From: Paraspadella gotoi
Lineage: Eukaryota > Animalia > Chaetognatha
Direction of reading: 5' to 3'
Assembly: GCA_051294375.1 (NCBI GenBank)
Contig: JBJCIZ010000035.1
Coordinates: 75,282 to 139,281, forward strand
Length of the DNA stretch: 64,000 nucleotides
Of this stretch, positions 35,701 through 48,577 are shown one piece after another; position 1 is the stretch's first letter, and the number at the start of each line of letters is the position of its first letter. A program made the position numbers and the translations under genes. Below the pieces are notes generated by a model. The model was not told the DNA's origin and searched no databases. It saw nothing but the letters and a program-made list of their open reading frames with translations.

Positions 35701-37118
35701 AGGACCCAGAGAACGATCGGAGAGCAGACGATTCGAATGATAAACCGCGATCCTCCTCCCGGAGATCGGAAAGAACAAAGTCTCAAAAACAAAAAACGGC
35801 GAAAAAACTGAACGTAGATACAACTTACGAGCGAGAAATGGAGTTAACTATAAAGAATAGTTCTGCCCATATTCTTCTTCTAATTATGTTGATATTGTTT
35901 AAAATTGTATTTATTTAAATTTATTTCAACTTTTCCCCTGAAAAAAAATTTTTAAGAGAATATTTAACATATTTAAAAGAATTAAATTTATTTCAAATCT
36001 TTACTCCGAAAAAAATGTTTTTTTTTCTCTTCCCTTTTTAAATTTTAAACTTTTTTATTAAAATCTTTTTTCCTTTCTAATTTTTTAATTATTTAATTCT
36101 TTTCCTTTTCAAATTGTTTATTCTCTTTCTTCTTTATTTTTCTTGTTTTATTGATGGCAGAAGTTTTTTGGAGATTGACTCTGAACACGTTCTTACGTTG
36201 TATGTTGTTGCTCACTTTTAAGACAAACTTTTTTACATTTAAAACTGCCTGGGGGCCAAGGGTATCCATACTCACGGCTCGCGACTTTTTCAAAATCTAA
36301 AAATCTTTTACTTTAAAACTTAAATTTAAACTTATTTAATTTAATTTTAAAATAATTACCCTTGAAAAACTTAAACTTAAAAATAACTTAAAAAAAGTTT
36401 ATACTTGAACTCGAACTTAAATTTAAACTTGAATTTAAACTTGAATTAAAAACCTTGGTAAACTTGAATTAAAATTAAATTAAAATTAAGACTCTTGACT
36501 GACGAGATGAACTGATCAATTACATGTTAATCATGTAAACAAATTTAATATACTATCTAAATAAATATGCATGTTGAATAACATGCAAACGAAATATAAA
36601 CTATCTAAATTTTTACATGCTTTGGAGCATGTAAACAAACGATTTAATCTAATCTACACAATCTCAAAACACGCTAAATTCACTTAATACTATCTAACAC
36701 TAAGCGGCGTGGATGTCGACGTTGTCGTCCGACGCGTCAGCGGCGGCGTCGCATTCAACGCGCTGAAGATTGCAGCTCTAAAAGGGATTATTGTTTATGG
36801 AAATATTATTTTGTGAAATAAAAATATCTCTTGATAATGGATTGTAATTCTTTTGAGACTACATCGCCAGTGATTGACGGCGGTGGAGTGACGCGGAGAC
36901 GGCGGCGGCGAAACCAAGGGTGGCGCCGGAATCTGGTCGCCCGCGATGGCGGACAGACGGTGCTGCGCGGTCTGCGCGCGTGCTGCCTCGACTCCTGCAG
37001 CTGCATTGGCTGCCTGCAACGTGGCGAAATTGGCGTTGGCGGCGCCGGCGTTTGAGGATTTTCTGAACTGTTTTTTCCAAAATATTTTTAAATTTTTTTT
37101 TTTTATTTAATGTTGAAT

Positions 37119-37481
37119 TTAAAAGTTGAAGTCTTGAAACTGAATCAACTTTGGATGAGATTGTAAAAACCTACTCATTCGGAAGATGAGGCTAATGGTG
37201 AGGGCGACGGTGAGGCCGAGGATGACTCCGGCGGAAAAGCCGCGGATAAAGGTGTCGTTGTTCGTCGACGTGGGCCCTGGAAGGTGCGTTGGCGGAGCGA
37301 CGTGCTCGTCGTAGTTATTTTTTAAGGTGGTTGTCTCCACCCCCGCCCGTGAATCGGACCCGGTGGGCCGATCCATTGTTGGCGGCGGTATGAGGCCGCA
37401 AGTTGGCGGCGGCGTTGGCGGCGGTCTGCCCCGCAAGCGGTGGCGGAGACGCATGCTTGGCGTCGACGATGTTATTGTCAA
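37119..37481 (-). CDS. Antisense ORF: Pro/Thr-rich segment plus one transmembrane helix
   Basis: FIRGFSAGVILGLTVALTISLIF hydrophobic helix followed by a short tail; GC-rich coding-like composition; start uncertain. Confidence 0.4.
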   Translation of the reverse strand: MTITSSTPSMRLRHRLRGRPPPTPPPTCGLIPPPTMDRPTGSDSRAGVETTTLKNNYDEHVAPPTHLPGPTSTNNDTFIRGFSAGVILGLTVALTISLIFRMSRFLQSHPKLIQFQDFNF

Positions 37482-38577
37482 ATCAAAAGGCTTTCTAGGG
37501 GCAGATTCGGAAGCGGCTCAGTCATGCTGTAACTTGGTGTGGTCCTTCACTGGGTGTGCATTGGCCATGTATGCAGGTGCGGGACACATGCAGGTGTATG
37601 AGCTGAGTTGGGTTTGTAAGCCCTTGGGCAGGGTGCCACGGGATTGGACGCCCGTCTTCTAATATCTGAGGTATTTGTGTGGCAGTAGGGGTAACCATAG
37701 TTCAAAATGCAAAAGAGTTTGGCGGTCTACAAAAATTGCCTCGAGTTGAGCGAACTCGGAAAACGGAGTTTTCATAAAATCGCAAAAACCGACAAGAGTT
37801 CGGCGATCTACAAAAATCGCCTCGAGTTTAGCGTACTCGGAAAACAGAGTTTTCATAAAAACGCAAAACATTAAAATGTTTAGATGGCTGGGTGAGTTCC
37901 ACTAGTTGAATTGCGAATTGGCGATAAATCAGGCTGGGTGAACGTCTTTGGGATCCGTGGTCCTACAACTGAAAACTGGGTGAACTTAGCAGGAAGCGGT
38001 TTGCAGGTTTTGTTGTGAGCGCAGCGGTGAACGGTTTGCAGGCCGTGAGGAAGCCAAAGAGCTTGGAGTGGCTCGCAGGTCTTTTTGCTGGCAGTGACCA
38101 GTTTAAGTCCACACCTCTTTTCACCTTTCCCCGCGGAAGCTGGATGTTTGGATGATCCAGACAACAGCGGTCAGAGCGCTCGCTCAAATAAGAATAACCG
38201 GTTTGACCTAATTTGGAGCCGGGTTGACCTTTCACTTAAAATAATTCTAATCCAAGTTGCAGTCAACTTACCATCGCGGTTAAAACGAAACAAAAGGGAA
38301 ATTAACGGGAATAAGTCCTGGGGCCAGGTCGTAAGGAAGGGATCTGTTCTCTTGCTTTTATTCTTCTATTTTTTCATTTCATTTGTCGTTGTCGTCGTCG
38401 TCGTTGTCGCGAAAATTTGTTTGCTGATCATGTGACTTTACAGAAGCAAAACTATTTTATCCGACTTGTGACCACGTCAGCGCCAATCTCTTGTTGTTGT
38501 TTCAGTTGATATTATTGTAGCAATAAATTTTAACAGTTAGTTATTTGAGTTTAAGAAATATCTCCCCTCGTTCACAG

Positions 38578-40175
38578 GCCACCATTTACTTTGGCATTTT
38601 GGGCCTCGCTTGCCAAGGTCTTGCATGGCAGGTGCGACATTTGCCTGGAACAGGTCATTGGGAGTGGCTGGAACGGACAGCTTCCTTATTTCATTGGATG
38701 TAAAGCCGCCAGTTATTTCTGACTTTCTGGTGTCTTACCAAAACGCCGATGATCATGAAGGGGAAATTGCCTGGCAAAACTAGAAAAACGTCTAAATTTT
38801 ACTTTAAATCTACTGGATAACGAGCTGAACGGCTGAGCATTGAGATGAGCGATGTGAATTACTATCTGCAGAACATTCACGAGTTTGACAAAAGGGCAAT
38901 CTCTGCAGGAACGATTGCTGTTTTGTTTGGTCTGGTGAATGCGTTTGCAACGGGAATGCACATTGTTAATACCAAGTTCAAATGACAAACATGCAAAGCC
39001 GTATCAATCTGATTGGTAACTATATCGAAAAACTTTATCATAATGAAGTTCAGTTACATAACAAAGCTAAATATCTCTATGATGAACAAACACTGCTTGG
39101 TTATCACTCGGATCTGATTGTAAAGCATTTAAATCTGGTAAAGAGTGTGCATGCGTGTGAGCTGCTTGAGTTGGGCGGAACTGTGATAGCGGAAAGAGTA
39201 CTTGATGGAAACGCGATTCGGAGCGCTGTATATGACCATAAGCTGACTTTTAGGCTACTTAATTACCAACACTTGAGTGACTTGACGATGGATGATGCAT
39301 TCACGGGGACCATCTACCAAGTAAACCCTACCCAACTTTACGATTATGCCTGACTTGACATGGTTTCTTACAATAATGGATTCTTAATTCTTTTGTGTAC
39401 TTATCCAAAAATTACCGATCATTTTATTTTTAATGTTTACCACTTAGTTCAAAGTCCGTATGAAATTATTTTTCAAGAATCCAACCCTAATAGAAAATTT
39501 GAATTTCTTTCGGAGACCAACGTTACGATTAATTCCGTTAGTTCTGAAAACACTGTTTTATTCTCATCCAAAGATTGTATCAGAAATGCACAATTTATGG
39601 CTTGTCCAGCGGGACATATTTTATTAAGCTCTACACAACGTTGTATAAAATCTATATTTTTCAATGAAACTAATTGTAAGATGTTACGTAAAAAGAGTAG
39701 AAAATATTTTCTTAATCAACAAAGTGATTATGCATTGATTAATTTTGATCGGACTTACAGAATCATGAATCCTACTGATGAATTTTCGAATCCTAAGGTA
39801 TCAGAGCATATTGAGGCCAAACGTAGCTGCGCACTAATTCCCAAAGACAATCGTGTAAAACTTATCTCGGAAAACGGCGTCTGTCTAATATTTTTTCAAA
39901 TCTGCCTCAGTTTCAATTATCCCGTACGAAAAACTTAAAACCATGGCATTTTTCATTTGTACACAATCTTGTTTTGCCTGACAATATTAAGAGAACAGCT
40001 TTATTCCAACAGACATGGAATCTGTATATGATCTGTCAGAGAAACACCTGCTTGACCCAACCGAGATATTATACATATTGGTAGCCGTAATTGTTTTCAT
40101 GCTTTTGACATTTGTTATTGCCATTGCATTGTGTGTTACATCAAATGTATTAAACCATTGCGTGTGAGAGCTTGA
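38578..40175 (+). pseudogene. env: Class I fusion glycoprotein (baculovirus F/paramyxovirus F-like env), frameshifted
   Basis: Splice acceptor at 38577, signal-like ATIYFGILGLACQGLA, FDKR/AISAGTIAVLFGLVNAFATG cleavage site and fusion peptide, heptad region, Cys cluster, C-terminal TM ILYILVAVIVFMLLTFVIAIALCV. Confidence 0.8.
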
Positions 40176-40216
40176 GCTGTACTCCCGGAGGCTTAGAGCG
40201 TTGCGTCAGGGGGCCA

Positions 40217-40763
40217 TATAGTTTGAAGTGACATTTGTTTAGACTTACCTTTGGAGCCCCTCAGTCAGTGATAGTGCCCTCTTGTGGTAGTGGGCACGAA
40301 ACTTACCCCATGTGGTAATTAGAAGCCAGATTTTGGACCCACGCTATGAAGCCCCCTCCTTCCTTTGTTCTCTCTGGGCTTCCTCTCTACCTCGTGCTCT
40401 TCTTCTCTCATTCCCTCTCTCCTCTCTCTACCCTCTGCTCCTGCTTCTCACGCGGGTATTAGATTTTAACTCCTGCTTCCATTTTTTAACATCAATCTGG
40501 AATTTAAAGGTAAATACCCACGCGTAACTCGGTCATGTATTAATTAATTATTTTAGATAACTACACATTAAACTAGGTTGATTAGTTTTATTTAATAAAT
40601 ATCTCTAACCAATTTGCTTGGTTAATTATTAAAAGCAGACCTTAATAAAATAATCAAAGCATATAGATATTTACAAGTTAAAAATGAAGTTCTTCATCCA
40701 TATAATTGGCTACTCGCCCTGATGGCTGGATCCTGATTGCAGCTATTCGGGGTTCCAGCCTAC
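40217..40763 (+). repeat. 3' LTR candidate of the env-bearing element (alternative end at 40565)
   Basis: Follows the PPT; starts TATAGTT; CT-rich block; AATAAA near 40593; ends GGGGTTCCAGCCTACA like the solo LTR end. Confidence 0.6.
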
Positions 40764-40808
40764 AATGTCTTACTGTATTTTGAACTCATAGAAATGTAAC
40801 TGAACAGC

Positions 40809-41784
40809 TAGGGCGTTGAAAAATAACAAAATATAACAAATCAAGTGAGGTACATAGCTATTTAGTGTAATAAAGTCTGTAGAATTCGATGATGATCACC
40901 ATTTTTTTGTATAGTCTCATCTTCCTTTGTCGGAAATGGCGATTTTTTAGCATATAAGGTACTATTAAAATGAAGAAAACATTGTAGAGTATAAGAACTC
41001 AAATTATTAAGATTTTTATAAAGCCATATTTAACTTACATAATATGAAAATAAAGACCCATATTAAATATTTTGGTAAGTTTATTTACAAATTTTATATT
41101 TTATTAATAGTTTGTTAGCTATATTATTAATAAATAATAAAAAATAAGCTAAAGTAAAAAATAAAAAAATAAAAATTTTAAAACCGGATTTGAATTCCTT
41201 ACAAAAAGTTGATATAAGAAAGTATAATCTATTTTTAAATAATTCTTTCATTAAGTAGGTTAAAAATATTGAAATATTTTTGTTTACTTTTTCAATTTTT
41301 GGTTTAAAATTATAGTTTTTCTAAATTTTGACCAACTTAATGACATAATTTTGATATAAAAATTATATTTTCTTATATCAACTTTTTGCAAAGAATGCAA
41401 ATCCATGAAAAAAATCTTGAAATTATTATTTTTTAACTTTAACCTAATTTTTACTCATAATTATTAATAAATATAGTTAACTAACTTTTTATAAAACATA
41501 TAATTTAGAAATAAACTTACCAAAATATTTTTATAAGTCTTTATTTTTATATTTCAAAAGCTCATATAAATTTTATAAAATTTTAATAATTTGATTTATC
41601 ATAACTTATAATGGTTTTGTATTTTATAACAATTTTATATACATTAAAAACCGTCATTTCCGACAAGAAAGCTAAAATTATACAAAAAAATGGTCATCAC
41701 CATGGAATTCTACAGACTACATTACACTAAAATAGCTATGTACCTCACTTGATTTGTTATATTTTATTATTTTTCAACGCTCTA
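40809..41784. mobile_element. Palindromic hAT-type MITE
   Basis: Long TIRs TAGGGCGTTGAAAAATAA...; CTGAACAG on both flanks (one extra base on the left); core similar to the 2069-8608 MITE. Confidence 0.8.
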
Positions 41785-42099
41785 CTGAACAGTACTATGT
41801 AATATGAATGAGATAACAATAGCAAACTGCTTTTTTAAATAAAGAAAGCTTCATACTAATAATCAGTGAAATCAAAAGATATAATAATTATTTAAGTTCT
41901 GAAAACATTGTCTAAAAGAATAATTGTACATGGAGCAATTTATTTATTTGAATTCTTTCATTTATTTTAATTAAATAAATTTAAATTTAATTCATTCATT
42001 CAATTAATTTCATTCAATTAATTTCATTCAACTCATTTCATTAAATTTATTTTATTCATTTCATTTTATTGATTCATTATATTTTTTAAACGTTTTCCC

Positions 42100-42300
42100 A
42101 TCAATGATTCCTTATCATCGCATCAATAATTTGTCATCATCACATCAATAATTGGTTAATGGTTATTATTGCATTAATAATTGGTTATCATCGTATCAAT
42201 AATTGGTTATCATTGCATCAATTTCGTTATCGCATCAATAATTCGTTATCATCGCATCAATAACTAATTATTATTGCATCAATAATCATTAATCAATTAC
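42100..42300. repeat. ~21-bp minisatellite (ATCATCGCATCAATAATTGGTT-like)
   Basis: Visible tandem units upstream of CDK8. Confidence 0.7.
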
Positions 42301-42568
42301 TATCATTTGGTTTTTTTTTCTCGAATTTTTTCATAATTTTCTTTGATAATAACGTCTGGCGAGATCACTATACTTTAAGATTTCTTCGATTGCTTCTAGT
42401 CTTTTAAGAATATTTCCTAGCATTTTGAATGTGCATTTCCAGTGTCACCTTCATGACTGCATGAATAATGGATTCAATTTCAAACTTTAAACGAAATTGA
42501 ATTGTTTAAACGGAAGAGCGTTTACATAAATGGACGTAAGAATGTAAGAAATTATCAAGACCCAGACG

Positions 42569-42638
42569 ATGGACTACGAGTTTAAAACACGATTAGCAGC
42601 GGAAAGGCAAAAAGTGGAAGAAGAATTTGATTATGAAG
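42569..42638 (+). CDS. CDK8: CDK8 coding exon 1
   Basis: MDYEFKTRLAAERQKVEEEFDYE(G) followed by a GTAAAA donor; matches the CDK8/CDK19 N-terminus. Confidence 0.93.
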
Positions 42639-42704
42639 GTAAAACTCGTTTGAAAAAAGAAACTAAAGGTTTAAAATAAAATTTGAGAAAGAAAATTATC
42701 TCAG

Positions 42705-42910
42705 GTTGCAAAGTGGGGCGAGGGACTTATGGCCACGTGTACAAGGCGAAGCGAAAGGGCGCCAACGACGGGAAGGAATATGCACTAAAGCAGATTGAGG
42801 GCTCAGGCATTTCCATGTCGGCCTGCCGCGAGATCGCGCTCCTCAGGGAACTTAAGCACCACAACGTGATCAACCTGCAGAAGGTTTTCCTTTCTCATGG
42901 AGATAGAAAG
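42705..42910 (+). CDS. CDK8: CDK8 coding exon 2
   Basis: [54 protein letters not shown] with the diagnostic SMSACRE helix; phase-compatible 66-nt GT-AG intron. Confidence 0.96.
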
Positions 42911-45900
42911 GTTTGAAATATTACTACACCACTATAGAGTTATAATTCGGATTTGCCGGGCCCTGTGTACTTGTGTGTACCAATACCAAAAAATAAAGCT
43001 CTTTATCAAATTTTAAAAAACAGTACAAAACCATTACTTCATTTAGTTTTTTTGGTGGCTCACCTTGCGAACTAAAAATGCTGCTAGGAAAAGTTTTGGC
43101 AGCTTTTTCAAGTTTACACCAGCCACTTATTCATTTTTATCGTCGCAATCGCTAAGCGTTTGCGACGATATTGTAACGCTTTTGCGCATAAGTGGCGTCG
43201 TCGTCGTCGTTCCAAATTATAGATCGCCTTTTTTATGATGTATGAAGCTAAAAATTTATATACAGCTTCGCATCATCGATGTGCTTAAAATTGAGTCTGG
43301 ACAGTTATTAAATATGTTTTGTTTACGTTTTATCAAAACAAACAAATTTTCTCTTTTTTATTTTTATATTTTTTTCTCTCTCTCTTTTCTCTTTTAATTA
43401 CATGTCTCTCTCCCTTTATCTTTTCCCTAGTCACTGATTCATAGAGAAAGGGAAAAAACGAGTCTGCAGCTGGCTCTGCAGTAGACACATTTGAATCCGA
43501 CAATGTTTTAAATAAACAACCAGTCTGGGTGTCATTCTGTTCGTTTTTCCAAGCTCTTTTAAACTAAAAAAGTTTTATTTAAAAAAAAAACTTTTTCGCC
43601 CAAGCCAGGGGTGTTAAAAAGCCAAAAAATGAAATTTCGCCTTTTATAAGTATTTTTTAGCGCTTGTTCAGTTAAAGTTTTATAAGCTATAATTATTATA
43701 ATCCAGTTTAATTTACTAATGATACTGCTTTTAATTTATCATATTTTAACTATTTCTAAAACATTCATTCACAAAAAATATTAGTTTAGGGCTTAAGCCG
43801 AGGGTATTAAGGCCAGGGATCACTCAACCTAAAATTGTAGAAATCTCAATTTACTGTATCTAATCATTTTCTTGCATCCTGTAAGAGATTTTCCATTAAA
43901 AAAATAATCGAAAACTTTTAAAATCTACCTAAAATGTGTTCATAAAATTTTAACAAATTTTTTTTCTCGGTTAAACTAGATTTTAAAGAGAGAAAAATAT
44001 TTTTTTAAAGGTAAGCTAAAATTTTTAACTTAAAACTGATTCTTTACAGTAAGTTCATTTCTACTTCTTATATTTAAATTCTTCTTTTGATGCAAAGTAC
44101 GTACTTGAAGTTGATCACTAATAAGTCTAAAATAAACTACTCTACACATTTTCCAGACGGTTTTTATGGTTTTATGAGTTTATTAGTTAAAAAATTTTAT
44201 CTAATTTCAATTTGGCTTTTTACTTATGTAAATGCTTATTAGACCTTGCATATATGAAAAGTTTTGAAATCAAAAACGAGTATTGTGTAAAAGGTGCCCT
44301 CATACATCATATGAATTTTTTGAACTAATTTTTCAAAAAAAAATTTACAGTAAATTGCTCGCCAACTTTGAAAAAAAAACTGAAAAAAAATTCGTTAAAA
44401 AATGACTTTTTGCTAAATATTCTTTAAAAGCTTTATTGCTAGCAGGACTGAAAACCCAAACTATCTTGTAGAGTGGAAAAATGACTATGTTACATACCTC
44501 GCATTATAAATTAAGTTAGTTTTTTTACTAAGGAAAATTTTTTTAAAACCTATTGTTTTGGGTCAATTTTGATAAATATTTTTAAAAATGATATTATAAC
44601 AATGTTTCGTGAAATTTTGTAAAAAAATTTATGGCGAATTGAATAAAGAAATAATTGCCTTTGTTTTGCTTGAAAGAATTTTTTTTAAAAAAGGACTTAT
44701 TTCGGTTAAAAAGTTATAATTTTTAAAATTTAAAAAAAATCTCACTTTTCTTAATAATTATTTTTTATTTAATAGGTTTGAAACTTAGGCCTAAGGGGAA
44801 AAAAAGGAATGCACTTTTCTTCAGAGTAATATAAAAAAATAGTAAATTCTGATTTGAAAGGGTAACTTTAAATTTTTGTCTCACCAGTCGATTAATTTTT
44901 TTTTAAATTGTTTAACAATTTTTATAATGGAATTATGACTTTTTAATAAGGTAGTTTTTTGAATTTTTTTATCTATTAATAGAAAAAGAAAATCACAAAA
45001 GGCGATAGAATTTAATTAAAAATTGATGCAAAATTGAGCACAAAAAAAAGCAACTGAGAAGAAGGTTGTGCTGCTTCTGATTACCGATCGAGAAAAAAAA
45101 AGTCATCATCTAGAGTGCCAAAGAAAAAAATAGTTATTCTAATTTTTTTCATAAATACCTTGTCAAGCTAGTTCTTCCAAACTGAGTTGAATTATAATTT
45201 GTTGTTAAATATATTGCTAATCAAAAGTGGAAAAGACTTGGAAAAATATATTAAGCTTGCTTGATAAATTTAAGAATAGATCCAACTTGTTGATAAATTC
45301 ATCAACATAAAAGTATGAAATTAATAAAAATCAAATGAATTAAAAATTTTATTTTAAAACTAAATCGACTATTTCAATAGACTTAATTATTAACTTTAAA
45401 TCATGAATAGATACAAAAAAAACAGAATAACTAGTTTTCTTTCTTTGGCTACAAAACCTTTTTTTCTCGACCGGCAAGCAGCAAGCAACTCTTTTCTCAG
45501 TTATTTAACTTCATTAATTTTACTCTTTTTGTCTCATTTTATCAATTTAATCATCTAATCGCTTTTTGTCAATTTTTCTTTTTCTTTTATATAGGAAAAA
45601 TTAAAAAACTACCTTATTTAAAAGTCATAATCCATTATAAAATGTTAAAAATTAAAAAAAAACTTTAATGATCCTGGTAAGAAAAATATTAAAGTTACCC
45701 ATTTGTCAATTCAGAATTTACTATTTTTTATTTACTCTGAAAAAAGTGCATTCCCTTTTTCCCTTTAGGCTAGTTCAAACCTATTAAATTAAAATAATTA
45801 TTAAGAAAATATGATTTTTTTTTATATTTTTAAAAAAAATAACTTTTTAAACCAATAATCCTTTTTTTAAAAATTCTTCTTCAGCAAAAACAAAGGCAAT

Positions 45901-48532
45901 TATTTTCTTTATTCCCCAATTTCCGCCCCCAATAATATCGTCTTATGCGCCCAAAATCATCTTTTCAATTCCCACCTCTTATTCTCACGCCGTCGATATA
46001 TTCGTTACGTTACAATAATAAGAGTAAATATAAAAGTCATGGGGCAATAAAAAATACACAAATTTTGGATTTCTTAGGTTTGGTAATCTTGCATTCTCTC
46101 TGGCCGTGTCCGGCCTGTACCCTCTCCTTTCTCATTTTATTTCCTTATTATCCTCTCTTCTAACTCATTACTAAATGTATTTAATATCAAGTTAATGATA
46201 ATTGAAACATATATAGTGTTTATTCTTATAATGAATTCGACTCTGACCCCGCACGCCTAACAAGCGAGTTCTTTTCGCTTGTTAGTACTCTCTCCTTTGC
46301 TAACAACCAAACCCCATCCTTGCCAAAGCCAGATGTACCAGTCCATGGGTCCTTTGTTCTGTCTTTTTTCTCGATATTTTTACAAATCATAAAAATTGAC
46401 CAAACATATAAGGTGTTATTTACAAAGGAACAATTCTCCTCACGCTATGCAGTTCACCAAAAACTACCTTATAATTATCTTCGCCCGTGGGATTGAAACA
46501 TAATTAATTGAAGGGAGTAGCACCCTAGTCCAACTTTCCGATAATTAGAATCCTGTTTCTTTTCTACTTATCCTCGTTGGTTAGTTTTACAATAATGTCC
46601 CCATTTTTTGTGACGACTCCAGTAACAGGATTTCAAAGGTTTTATGCAACGTCTCTCCGTCCACCAGTCCTTCGTCCGGACCCGCTCTCTTAGCAGATAT
46701 ATATCATAGCCTTTCTCATATAACCCACTTATCTTTAGCAAAAACGTCCATTTTTATGATTTTTCTCTCTTTTTTTTCAACGCTTCCCAGTCGGGCCAGC
46801 AGGGCATTTTACTGCTAAAATTTTTTTTTTTGTAAAAATAAACAATTGAGTTTTCCAAAATAAATATTCATATTGTCCTTTACGGTGTCCCAGATAAACT
46901 CTATCTTGTTCTTCTGTGCTAATCTCTTTAAGTACACCAAATATACTGTTTAGTTTCTTTTTGCATTCCTACTTTCCAAATCTTTTCATCTATTTTTATG
47001 GCTTCCTAAGGTTTCCTAATCTGCGTTGACACTTATATTCATAAATATAGTTGACCCCATTTCTAGTTTGTCGCGCGGCGACATATCTACTTATGAAGAA
47101 TCACAAAATCAAATTGTCTGCGGCAACCTTTTAAAAAAAAATTACTAAAACAGCTCAACCCGGTTTCTTTTCAAGATTGACTCCGCCGGTTGACACAAAC
47201 CGTCCTATCACTCCTTTTGTGCTCTTCCATGCTGTTTACCTTTCGTCGATGTGTTTCCATTCTTGCTCTTTTGTATGTTTTTAAGTAGTAAATGTGATGT
47301 TACGGAATTCTAATCTTCTTCCTTTGATCCAATGAATCTGTGTTTGAATTAACTTTATATTGCACGCCCATCCATAAAGCCCGTGGGAGACTTAATCTCG
47401 AGAAATAAATATCTAGGGCAAGAAACAGAAAGGTGGTGGGAGATTCTAATAGAGCGACTTGGTTTTTTTGAACAATACGTTTTGTTTTCAAAAGATAAAG
47501 TAGGAATTACATCTCGACATAATTGACTATATAATAATCTAATGTTTCTATGAAGCGATAGGTAAAGCAAATTTTGAAAAGTATCTTTATCATAGAATTG
47601 GGAGTTTGGTCACCGCTATAAGCGGTGACTCTATATGGGTAATATTTTTTGCCTGATTAACTGAGCAAAGTGGTTTCTGAAATTGCCTAGGTAAAGAAAG
47701 TGATTTTCTTAATTAATATAGGCAATTTCTGAATCAAAATTTTTGTCTTATATTATTTTTAAAGATAAAAAACATATATTTTCTTTTATTGTTTTAATTT
47801 CGTTATCAACTATATTTGTAATTTGTCATTACTATATTTTAAGCCCATAAATACTTTTCCCAGATGGTATGAAATATGATTATCAATAGTAGCATGGCAT
47901 TAAGTCTGTAATCTACTTGGCTACTACCAGAACCAGAACCAATAAAATTATTAGGGAAGATTAATTCATTGATATTAATTAATTAATTCATGAATTAACA
48001 GATAATAAAGAAATTAGTAATAACAATGAGGATGTATACATTTAAAGAGATTTGCAATGTACGTAATTCAGTTGTATCCTGATATGATTGACAAGATTAA
48101 AACCTCGATCAAAGATGATGTAACAATGTACTCAAGACTCAAGTCGCCCAAAAATATTTTGTATCTTATTAAGAATGGCAAAGCTTACTAGAATTCTTTG
48201 CAGAATATGATATGGATTACTCAATACCTCCCAAGCTGATTATATTTAAAAAATTCGAGCTCAATATAGAAAGTAAATATCCTATTGATATAATTTTCAA
48301 ATATTGTATAAGATGTATAATGTATTGATCTAATTGTTGACCTCTGCATCTCTCTCTCTCTCTCTCTCTGCCAAATTTCAATTTCTTTTCCTCACCACCT
48401 TCTTTCTCTCTCCTCAAACTTACCCTGTCCTCAAAACTGACCACTGTCATTTTTTTAATTCTTTGTTGGAAACATTTATTTCCCTTTCTCTCTCTCTCTT
48501 TCCCTCCATCCCTTTCACTATCAAAACTAAAT

Positions 48533-48577
48533 AAGCACTGATAAAGACTTGCAAATTAAGTCGAAACATGTATGTTT
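48533..48577 (+). ncRNA. Minimal type I hammerhead ribozyme motif (core variant CUGAUAA)
   Basis: AAGCA-CTGATAA-A-GACTT..AAGTC-GAAAC-ATGTA-TGTTT at the end of a Penelope-like repeat. Confidence 0.65.

Larger units (their letters stand above)
32700..40763 (+). mobile_element. Decayed env-bearing gypsy-like retroelement (RT not recognised)
   Basis: Fragmented possible gag ORFs at 32.7-34.0 kb, integrase remnants, env-like ORF, PPT AGGGGGCCA and a 3' LTR candidate; no matching 5' LTR. Confidence 0.65.
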
